Assembly: GCA_050251875.1 (NCBI GenBank)
Contig: JBFWMA010000001.1
Coordinates: forward strand, 1 to 64,000
DNA: 64,000 nt
Source of the DNA: Deferribacterales bacterium
Lineage (GTDB): Bacteria > Chrysiogenota > Deferribacteres > Deferribacterales > Geovibrionaceae
Direction: 5' to 3'
Shown piece by piece: positions 56,905 to 64,000 of the stretch. The notes below the pieces were generated by a model. That model was not told where the DNA came from, did no database searches, and saw only the letters and a list, made by a program, of their open reading frames with translations. A program made the position numbers and the translations under genes. Positions within the stretch are counted from its first letter, which is position 1. Each line of letters begins with the position of its first letter.

Positions 56905-57600
56905 TTACTTACAGGCGGCGGAGAATTTAGCGCTGACGCTGAAAGGAGCGTCTGTTCTGTCCGGCTCGGAAACAGTGAGAGCTGCCGCTTTTACCATACG
57001 GGTTGATTCTCTGAAAACGGGAAATGAGTCAGTAAAATCAAGAGCGATATCCTTAACAGAACAGGGGTGTCCGGAAGCCTTGGAATACTCCTTAACAGTC
57101 TTAAACACCTCTTTAATCGCCCTGGTCTTGAGCTCAGCACGCTTGGCGTCTGACTGAGCCTTGGAAACAACCCACCTGACGGGGGATGACGACATAACAT
57201 ATTTGTCGGATCCGTCTATATGGCTGAAGACAGCATTGTAGATTGATTCGTATTTCTTGATATCCGTAAAGGAACAGGAAAAATCAAGGTCGCCTGAATA
57301 ACCCTCCATAGTCTGCTTACCGTCTTTGTAAGAGTATACTGGAGAGATTCTGTAGCCGTTAAACGTGCACATGGTTTTGTACTGTTTAACGATAGCAGAA
57401 AGCGATTCAAGGGCTCTGGAGACCTCAGCGGCGTCATCATGCTTATAAGAGAGAGACATACCGGATGTCATGGAATCCGGCTGTATGGTGTCGCTCACGG
57501 TCACAGAATCGGTGATAACGATAGGGTCTGTGAGCTTAACACGGGCATGTGCGCTGAAGGCAACAAACATGGACAGCAGTATGGCGGTTTTCTTCATCAA
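56905..57600 (-). CDS. Exported protein, SIMPL/DUF541-like
   Basis: Signal peptide; 'PD', 'ISPVYSY...GY' and C-terminal 'P......SVSA.F' resemble SIMPL proteins. Confidence 0.55.
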   Translation of the reverse strand: MMKKTAILLSMFVAFSAHARVKLTDPIVITDSVTVSDTIQPDSMTSGMSLSYKHDDAAEVSRALESLSAIVKQYKTMCTFNGYRISPVYSYKDGKQTMEGYSGDLDFSCSFTDIKKYESIYNAVFSHIDGSDKYVMSSSPVRWVVSKAQSDAKRAELKTRAIKEVFKTVKEYSKASGHPCSVKDIALDFTDSFPVFRESTRMVKAAALTVSEPDRTDAPFSVSAKFSAACK

Positions 57601-58052
57601 TTAACCTCTTTGTAAGTCGTTCCGTCAAATTTATATACCTTGCCGGCTATCGCAATATCGTGATATCCGTTTGTCATGTCCGGCAGGGATTTTATGTCGA
57701 AGTAGGGTATTCTGGGAGTGTCGGGAAGCATGGTATAGCTGTAGTCGTCTTTTATCATGACATACAGCGGGTAAGTCCTGTTGTCGCTGAACAGATAGTG
57801 ATAGGTGCTGGCTATGAAGTCAAGCCTGCCGTCACCGTTCAGATCGGCTTCAAAAATTTTAAAATCATCCGGCTCGGGGCGCAGGTTCTGCGGAGTCATC
57901 ATTACCCGGTCGTGATCCTTTTTAGCGTCCGCCACAACACGCCAGATATAATCTCTGAGATAAAGCTCATGTTCGCTGTAGTGTATGGCTGTGCCGGAAG
58001 CGGCACAGGAGAGCAGCAGCAGAGCGGCAAAAGAAGCAAAAAGAGTTCGCAT
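57597..58052 (-). CDS. Hypothetical lipoprotein
   Basis: Lipobox-like LLSC; DLNGDGRLD Ca-binding-like loop. Confidence 0.65.
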   Translation of the reverse strand: MRTLFASFAALLLLSCAASGTAIHYSEHELYLRDYIWRVVADAKKDHDRVMMTPQNLRPEPDDFKIFEADLNGDGRLDFIASTYHYLFSDNRTYPLYVMIKDDYSYTMLPDTPRIPYFDIKSLPDMTNGYHDIAIAGKVYKFDGTTYKEVN

Positions 58053-58061
58053 AAAAGCCTC

Positions 58062-58586
58062 CTATTCGAGCTTCATGTCCCCGCTTTCCAGTTCTTCAAA
58101 AGCATCGCCGGCACGCTTGTGAGTGAGCTCATGCTTAATTTTTTCTGAGCGCTCAGTCTGATAATCTATGATGGTCTGTTTATCAACACAAGCCTGAACA
58201 TAGGCAATACGCTGCTTTTTAGAATACTCGATATTGGGGAATTTAGTGTTTTTCTGCAAAAAGATTGGTGATTCAGCGTCATTTTTGAACATATACACGA
58301 AGGCTTTTTCCTTCGGATCTTTGAGATTTCGGTAGTTGTCATAAATGACGTTTTCGATGATGGCGGTCAGCTCTTTGTTCATCCTGCCCAGAGCGGATGC
58401 CTTGGCAGCGTCTATGGATTCAAGCCCGCCGTACTGAGCGTCATAAACGCACACAGCGGAGGGCACATTTTTCATATACCAAGAGGGCGCTCCCTCGATC
58501 TTTACGTTTGTCTGCACAAGAACGTATGTTTTGAAGAGATAGGTAGCCAGTGTCTTCACAAGTGCAAGGGCAATGGATTCAATCAT
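58062..58586 (-). CDS. Hypothetical protein
   Basis: GAGGT RBS; fills the gap co-directionally; APSW motif weakly LPP20-like. Confidence 0.65.
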   Translation of the reverse strand: MIESIALALVKTLATYLFKTYVLVQTNVKIEGAPSWYMKNVPSAVCVYDAQYGGLESIDAAKASALGRMNKELTAIIENVIYDNYRNLKDPKEKAFVYMFKNDAESPIFLQKNTKFPNIEYSKKQRIAYVQACVDKQTIIDYQTERSEKIKHELTHKRAGDAFEELESGDMKLE

Positions 58587-58642
58587 ATTCGCACCTCAGT
58601 AGATTAATATATAATCATACCACCTGAAAGAGGCGAAATCTG

Positions 58643-59176
58643 TTAACTTTTCACATCCGCCGGGGTTCCGTAGTCCCCGTCCGCCATGCGTTTCTTAATA
58701 TGCTTTTTGACTATGTCTCTTTTATAAGGCGCGAGATGATCTATGAAAAGAACACCGTCAAGGTGATCTATCTCGTGCTGACACGCTCTGGCGAGCAGAC
58801 CGTCAGCCTCCAGCTCAATCTGCTCTCCGGCAGGGTTCAGAGCTCTTAAGACAACGTTGGCATACCTTCTGACCTTTTCATATTCGCCGGGGATGCTGAG
58901 ACATCCCTCATCGCCGAACTGTTCGCCGTCTTTGGCTATTATTTCTGGGTTAATGAGCTGAAGCAGGGTGTCCGGCTCTTCTCCGGCTGTGTAGTCTATG
59001 ACCACTATGCGCTGGTTAACGCCGACCTGCGGAGCGGCAAGCCCCAGTCCTTTCTGCGAATACATGGTTTCGGTCATATTGTTTATAAGCCTGACAACTT
59101 CTTCTGTAATCTCTTCGACAGGCTGGGATTTTTTTCTTAATATGTCATTGGGAAATGTAAGTACGTCTAATATCAT
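58643..59176 (-). CDS. def: Peptide deformylase
   Basis: GLGLAAPQVG, EGCLS, QHEIDHLDG. Confidence 0.97.
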   Translation of the reverse strand: MILDVLTFPNDILRKKSQPVEEITEEVVRLINNMTETMYSQKGLGLAAPQVGVNQRIVVIDYTAGEEPDTLLQLINPEIIAKDGEQFGDEGCLSIPGEYEKVRRYANVVLRALNPAGEQIELEADGLLARACQHEIDHLDGVLFIDHLAPYKRDIVKKHIKKRMADGDYGTPADVKS

Positions 59177-59218
59177 GTTTCCTCCGTGGTGATAATATAA
59201 TGATATGAAGTGATAAAA

Positions 59219-59680
59219 TCAACCCAGATAGTCATCAATAGTATAAACTGTGAAGTAAGAATAGATTGCCTTGCGGAATGATTCTCTGAGCGCTTCGTCT
59301 TTCACTGTGTCCGCCAGTTTGTCGGCGTACTGCTTCTCTTTGTCTGTCATGGTCTTTTTGGTATGATTGACGATATCCACACGCTGGGTTCTTTTTTTAT
59401 AATAGAATGAGAGAGACGACACCGCCAGACCATATCCCTTCATGCGCTCGGTCAGCTCGCCTTTCATAAAATTTAGCTCGGAGAGCCACGTCTGGTCGTG
59501 AACGGCTATGGTTAGCACACCGTCAGAAAATTTTACCACGGAAGTCATAAAGTCTATGCCGTCACCGGCGGCATTTTTCCATGCCTTGGCAATAGCGGCA
59601 TGTTCGAAAATCTTTTGGTCGATTGTGGTTGTCAGAACCTCAGAGAGTCTCTTCATCTGCGTTCTGCTGATCCTGCTCAT
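59219..59680 (-). CDS. dciA: DUF721/DciA family protein
   Basis: W....G..I...T....F..GVL.I.V....W..EL.F pattern; overlaps the obgE 3' end. Confidence 0.7.
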   Translation of the reverse strand: MSRISRTQMKRLSEVLTTTIDQKIFEHAAIAKAWKNAAGDGIDFMTSVVKFSDGVLTIAVHDQTWLSELNFMKGELTERMKGYGLAVSSLSFYYKKRTQRVDIVNHTKKTMTDKEKQYADKLADTVKDEALRESFRKAIYSYFTVYTIDDYLG

Positions 59681-60674
59681 AACTTCTGACTACTTCGTCC
59701 AGATAGTCTGTTATCTCCTTTGTGCCTTCCTGCATCAGAGAAGAGAATTTGAAGCAGGGAACGTCCGGAAGCTCAGCTTTCAGAAATTCTTCAAATTCCG
59801 CCAGGTTCTCTTCGTTAGGATAATCCATTTTAGAGATACCGATAACCTCAGGCTTCTCCGCCACTTCTTCAGAGAACTGGTGAAGCTCTCCTCTCAGAAC
59901 TTTATAACGTTCCACCATGGACTCGTCAGCGGAAGCGTCTATCAGGTGGAGCAGGATTTTAGTGCGCTCGATGTGTTTCAGAAACTGAATTCCGAGTCCT
60001 ATTCCATCGGCGGCACCCTCGATGAGCCCCGGCATATCCGCCAGAACGAACGAATTGCCGTACTGACCTTTAACCACGCCCAGATGGGGTACGAGTGTGG
60101 TGAAAGGATAGTCAGCCACTTTCGGCTTGGCGGCAGAAACTGTCGATATGAAAGTTGATTTCCCGGCGTTGGGAAAACCTATAATGCCTACATCGGCGAG
60201 CAGTTTGAGCTCGAGATAAATCTTTACCTTTTCGCCGTCTGCGCCCGGTTCATGGCGTGTGGGTGCTCTGTGTGTGGGGGACATAAAGTTGGCATTGCCT
60301 CTGCCTCCTTTCCCGCCTTTAGCCACTATTATCTGCTGATCCACTTCGGTCAGATCCGCCAGAACCTCTTCTGTATCAGCGTTCACAACGATAGTCCCGC
60401 AGGGAACCTTGATTATCTGGTCTTTTCCCCTGCGTCCGTGCATGCCTTTTCCTTTTCCGTGGACGCCTCTTTCTGCTCTGTAATGGTACTGCTGGCGTAT
60501 ATCCATCAGGGTATGTTTGGAATCGTCAGCGATCAGAATGATATTGCCGCCGTCTCCGCCGTTTCCGCCGTCCGGTCCGCCTCTGGGCACATATGCTTCT
60601 CTGCGGAAGCTCATGCATCCGTTGCCTCCGGCGCCTGCTGTAGCCATTATTTCGCATGTATCGATAAATTTCAT
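59640..60674 (-). CDS. obgE: GTPase Obg
   Basis: F.D, GGPDGG.GG.GG, GFPNAGKST, DYPFTTL.P, DMPGLIEGA. Confidence 0.97.
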   Translation of the reverse strand: MKFIDTCEIMATAGAGGNGCMSFRREAYVPRGGPDGGNGGDGGNIILIADDSKHTLMDIRQQYHYRAERGVHGKGKGMHGRRGKDQIIKVPCGTIVVNADTEEVLADLTEVDQQIIVAKGGKGGRGNANFMSPTHRAPTRHEPGADGEKVKIYLELKLLADVGIIGFPNAGKSTFISTVSAAKPKVADYPFTTLVPHLGVVKGQYGNSFVLADMPGLIEGAADGIGLGIQFLKHIERTKILLHLIDASADESMVERYKVLRGELHQFSEEVAEKPEVIGISKMDYPNEENLAEFEEFLKAELPDVPCFKFSSLMQEGTKEITDYLDEVVRSYEQDQQNADEETL

Positions 60675-60737
60675 AAAAGGCTCCCGTAAAAAAGGGTTAA
60701 AACTGATATCATTATATTATATAGGAAAATGAAAAAG

Positions 60738-60764
60738 AAAAAAGCCCGCTTGAAGGCGGGCTTT
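60738..60764 (-). terminator. Intrinsic terminator after rpmA
   Basis: AAAGCCCGC...GCGGGCTTT with a T run on the minus strand. Confidence 0.75.
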
Positions 60765-60768
60765 AAGA

Positions 60769-61029
60769 TTATGCTCTTTCTGAGAGAATGTTGATGAACT
60801 TGCCCTTGCTTCCTCTGTCAGCGAATTTTACAAATCCGTCTGTCAGTGCGAACAGTGTGTCATCTTTACCAATGCCGACGCCTTGTCCGGGTTTGAACTT
60901 AGTGCCGCGCTGTCTGACGATAATGTTGCCTGCGATAACAGCTTCACCGTCATATTTTTTAACGCCGAGGCGTTTGGAATTGGAATCGCGTCCGTTTCTG
61001 GTTGAACCGCCAGCCTTCTTGTGAGCCAT
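60769..61029 (-). CDS. rpmA: 50S ribosomal protein L27
   Basis: [27 protein letters not shown]. Confidence 0.98.
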   Translation of the reverse strand: MAHKKAGGSTRNGRDSNSKRLGVKKYDGEAVIAGNIIVRQRGTKFKPGQGVGIGKDDTLFALTDGFVKFADRGSKGKFINILSERA

Positions 61030-61040
61030 TGTACGCCTCC

Positions 61041-61355
61041 TTAGCCTACTTTAATATCGCCGATCTTCAGCACAGTCTGGTGTGATCTGTGACCGTATCT
61101 TGATTTGTAGTCTTTACGTCTTCTTCTTTTGAAAACGAGAATTTTGTCATCTTTAATCTGGTCGACAACTTTAGCAGTCACAACAGCTTTAGCAACGAAA
61201 GGTTTGCCGACGCTGAGCTGCCCGTTCTCGCTCACAGCGAGTACGTCACTGATCTGAATATCAGAATCTACTTCGGCGTTGATGCTGTCAACCTTCAGCA
61301 CATCGCCGGGTTTGACAGTGTATTGTTTGCCGCCGCTCTTTATGATTGCGAACAT
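61041..61355 (-). CDS. rplU: 50S ribosomal protein L21
   Basis: [20 protein letters not shown]....GHR; GGAGG before ATG 61355. Confidence 0.97.
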   Translation of the reverse strand: MFAIIKSGGKQYTVKPGDVLKVDSINAEVDSDIQISDVLAVSENGQLSVGKPFVAKAVVTAKVVDQIKDDKILVFKRRRRKDYKSRYGHRSHQTVLKIGDIKVG

Positions 61356-61396
61356 TTCACATACCTCCAACAGTCCTGTATAAAACAGGGAAGTCA

Positions 61397-61425
61397 GTTA
61401 TACATGGACGCCTATAGTAAGTCAA
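61397..61425 (-). promoter_or_regulatory. Putative rplU promoter
   Basis: Minus strand TTGACT, 17 nt, TATAAC. Confidence 0.6.
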
Positions 61426-61448
61426 GAAAAAAATTCAAGTTTCTTCGG

Positions 61449-61477
61449 TTGACAAACAAGGAGTCCATAGATATAAT
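61449..61477 (+). promoter_or_regulatory. Consensus sigma70 promoter of the rpmH operon
   Basis: TTGACA, 17 nt, TATAAT. Confidence 0.8.
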
Positions 61478-61539
61478 CACAGGCTTACGAAAAAGTATGC
61501 TAATACCGTAGTCTTTTACTATAGAAAGGAGAGTTTCAA

Positions 61540-61680
61540 ATGGCACAGCTCACTATGAGAAAGCCCAGCAACCTGAAACGCAAACGCGCTCAGGGCTTCA
61601 GGGCTAGAATGAAAACAAAAGGCGGAAGAAACGTTATCGCCAGAAGAAGGGCGAAAGGCCGCAAGCGTCTCGCCGTTTAA
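61540..61680 (+). CDS. rpmH: 50S ribosomal protein L34
   Basis: Manual translation [55 protein letters not shown]; not in ORF track. Confidence 0.96.
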   Translation: MAQLTMRKPSNLKRKRAQGFRARMKTKGGRNVIARRRAKGRKRLAV

Positions 61681-62057
61681 TGTCATTGTGCTTTACCGCA
61701 CAGGACCGTCTGAAACATGGACGGGATTTTGACAGAGTCTTCAGACAGGGCAGAAAAAGGTGGGGACGGTTCGTCTGTCTCCATTATATTATAAGCGCCG
61801 AAGACCGAACAAGGATTGGGCTCACCGTCAGCAAGAAAGTAGACAAGCGGGCGGTGAGACGTAATCTGGTTAAGAGAAGGCTCAGAGAGATTTTCAGAAA
61901 CAACAGACAGATTTTCCCTGATTGTTTCGACATTGTTATAAGGGCGCTGCCGGGATGCGCTGACGCGCAATATGGTGAATTACAGGATGAAGTATTACAG
62001 CTTGCTAAGTCTGCTCGACCTGCGCAGACCGATAATCCTGATGATAAAACTGTATAA
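61680..62057 (+). CDS. rnpA: Ribonuclease P protein component
   Basis: RL....[13 protein letters not shown]...AV.RN..KRRLRE. Confidence 0.95.
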   Translation: MSLCFTAQDRLKHGRDFDRVFRQGRKRWGRFVCLHYIISAEDRTRIGLTVSKKVDKRAVRRNLVKRRLREIFRNNRQIFPDCFDIVIRALPGCADAQYGELQDEVLQLAKSARPAQTDNPDDKTV

Positions 62058-62229
62058 AATTTTTATTTCTCCCATGCTCGGCAACAGATGCCGCTTCTAT
62101 CCATCCTGCTCCGATTACGCGGTGGAGGCCCTTAAGAAAAAAGGACTGATTAAAGGTTCCGCTATGGCAGTTTGGCGGATACTGAGATGTACTCCCCTGT
62201 CCAAGGGCGGGTACGATCCCGTGAAATAG
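61987..62229 (+). CDS. yidD: Membrane protein insertion efficiency factor (start uncertain)
   Basis: [20 protein letters not shown]...GG.DPV. Confidence 0.9.
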   Translation: MKYYSLLSLLDLRRPIILMIKLYKIFISPMLGNRCRFYPSCSDYAVEALKKKGLIKGSAMAVWRILRCTPLSKGGYDPVK

Positions 62230-62255
62230 GAAACACCCCTCGGAGGTTATTCGTA

Positions 62256-63770
62256 ATGAATAAGAACACACTACTGGCTTTTGGTCTGAGCGCGCTGGTG
62301 CTTATCGGTTTTCAGATCTTCTTCGCACCTAAACCCCAGCCCGCCGCAGCAACTCCTGAGACTCAGACATCAGCCGTATCCGATGCGCAGCCCCAGCCCG
62401 CTGTCAAGCTGGAGATGGAGAAAGCTCCCCAGGCTGTGGAAAAACTGGAAACATTCGACATAACGACAGATCTCGCTACCTACACATTCAACGCAAATAC
62501 CGGAAACATCAGAAAAGCCGTTGTTACAAAATACGGCAAACGTGACCTTGAAAATATCGTCTTCGACAGCAAAACCGAAGACTCTTTCTTTATAACAGTT
62601 CCCCTCGTCAGCAAATATACTGCTGAGGTAAAAGAAGGGGAGAAAGAGACCGCCGTGACATTCTCCGGATCACAGGGAGACATGGTAGTCACAAAAAAAT
62701 ATGTATTAACTAAAGACAGCTATCTGGTTAAAGGTGATGTGACAGTCAGCAACACAGGCGGACGCACACTGAACCTGCCCCTGCGCATGGGGCTTGCCGG
62801 AGGCATCAACAGCGCTCTGAAAGAGGACAAATATACTTTCGGCGGACCCCAGATGTTTGACGGGAAGAAGCTGAGAGAGAAAAAAGTCTCCAAGATCGAA
62901 GAGCCTGTTACAGCAGATAAGCCTCTCTGGGTGGGATACACATCTAAATACTTCCTCGCCGCCGTGGCAAACGGCTTTGACAAAGGCGAAATAGTAAAAA
63001 AAGACGATGTGGCTGACATATACGGCGATACTGAGGTTCAGGTGAACCCCAGCGACAGAAAAACTGTCGAATTCTCCGTATTCGCCGGACCCAAAGAATA
63101 TGACCTGCTCAAAACCTATAAGCTGAAACTGGAAAAAAGTATCGATTTCGGCATATTCTCTTTCATAGCCATCCCCATGCTGAAGTTCCTGAAAATTTTC
63201 TATAACTATGTGCATAACTATGGTGTGGCTATCATCCTTCTGACTATCGTGGTGAAACTGCTCACCTTCCCGCTGACACAGAAAAGTATGGTCAGCATGA
63301 AGAAGATGGGTTCACTGGCGCCTAAGATGGCAGAGATAAAAGAGAAGTATAAAGCGGACAAAGAGAAGATGAATCAGGCGACTATGGAACTCTATAAGAA
63401 AGAAGGCGTTAACCCCTTCGGCGGATGTTTTCCCATGCTGCTTCAGATTCCTATATTTTTTGCTCTGTATAAGACCCTCCTGCTCTCCATAGAGCTTCAG
63501 GGCGCTCCTTTCTTCGGCTGGATCACCGACCTTTCGCTGAAAGACCCCTACTACATCACTCCCATCATCATGGGTGTGACTATGTTTCTTCAGCAGAAGA
63601 TGTCTCCCAGCACAGTTCAGGATCCTATACAGCAGAAGATGTTCATGCTGATGCCTGTCATCTTCACCTTCATGTTTCTCACATTCCCCGCGGGGCTTGT
63701 GGTTTACTGGCTGACTAACAACGTCCTGTCCATCGCTCAGCAGTATTACATCAACAAAAAGCACGGTTAA
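62256..63770 (+). CDS. yidC: Membrane protein insertase
   Basis: NYG.AII.LT, LYK..GVNP.GGC.P.L.Q.PIF, WITDLS..DP, GL..YW; GGAGG before ATG 62256. Confidence 0.96.
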   Translation: MNKNTLLAFGLSALVLIGFQIFFAPKPQPAAATPETQTSAVSDAQPQPAVKLEMEKAPQAVEKLETFDITTDLATYTFNANTGNIRKAVVTKYGKRDLENIVFDSKTEDSFFITVPLVSKYTAEVKEGEKETAVTFSGSQGDMVVTKKYVLTKDSYLVKGDVTVSNTGGRTLNLPLRMGLAGGINSALKEDKYTFGGPQMFDGKKLREKKVSKIEEPVTADKPLWVGYTSKYFLAAVANGFDKGEIVKKDDVADIYGDTEVQVNPSDRKTVEFSVFAGPKEYDLLKTYKLKLEKSIDFGIFSFIAIPMLKFLKIFYNYVHNYGVAIILLTIVVKLLTFPLTQKSMVSMKKMGSLAPKMAEIKEKYKADKEKMNQATMELYKKEGVNPFGGCFPMLLQIPIFFALYKTLLLSIELQGAPFFGWITDLSLKDPYYITPIIMGVTMFLQQKMSPSTVQDPIQQKMFMLMPVIFTFMFLTFPAGLVVYWLTNNVLSIAQQYYINKKHG

Positions 63771-63780
63771 CAGGTTATTT

Positions 63781-64000
63781 ATGAAATATTTCGAGATAGA
63801 AGGCAAAACAGCGGAGGCGGCGGTAGCCAACTTCCTTGCGGAAAATAATATTCCGAAAGACTTTGTGACATATGAAACCCTGGAGGAGGGGAGCAAAGGA
63901 TTTCTGGGATTCGGCAGCAAAAATGCTCTGATAAAAATAAAATTCAACGATGCTGAATACTTTAAACGCAAAGGCAGGCTGATTCTGGCAGAGATGCTGG
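63781..64000 (+). CDS. jag: Jag/EloR (KhpB) RNA-binding protein, 5' part only
   Basis: MKYFEIEGKTAEAAV...EEGSKGFLGFGSK (Jag_N motif); position after yidC; runs off the window. Confidence 0.88.
   Translation, partial: MKYFEIEGKTAEAAVANFLAENNIPKDFVTYETLEEGSKGFLGFGSKNALIKIKFNDAEYFKRKGRLILAEML

Noticed and set aside
1..64000. tRNA, rRNA, CRISPR, transposase, integrase or phage genes
   Set aside because: None recognised by eye; small ncRNAs cannot be excluded without covariance searches.

Overview
A 64-kb bacterial chromosomal window of mostly core genes. Protein similarity and gene content suggest an anaerobic Deferribacterota-like organism (inference, no database search run). In order: the 5' part of a membrane sensor gene; fetB-like and TRIC-family membrane genes; a minus-strand aryl-acid cluster (two tandem LivK-type binding proteins, iorA-iorB, paaK); an acetate transporter (satP); a polyphosphate cluster (sixA, CHAD, two Ppx/GppA, ppk1, a 38-aa Cys/Lys-rich ORF); hisF-hisE; yceD-rpmF-plsX-fabHDG-acpP-fabF-rnc-radical SAM-rsmD-coaD; a RomR-like receiver/acidic-linker protein with purM-purN and an inactive M16 protein; an isolated dnaA; dapL, a CDF transporter, DUF2232 and rpsF-ssb-rpsR; yjgN-M48-rluD; a full nuoA-N operon whose EFG module has HydABC/Bfu-type (bifurcating-like) features; def, dciA, obgE, rplU-rpmA; and rpmH-rnpA-yidD-yidC-jag. 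The most notable unannotated signal is a 28-codon leader peptide with 8 Phe (MKKNNVNSLFSDFFFSFFFCFWHIDCRR), followed by mutually exclusive antiterminator/terminator stems, heading the aryl-acid uptake/Ior/PaaK cluster. This suggests Phe-starvation attenuation of a phenylacetate-to-phenylalanine salvage route. Two short palindromic repeat families occur in intergenic spaces. I saw no rRNA, tRNA, CRISPR array, transposase or phage genes.
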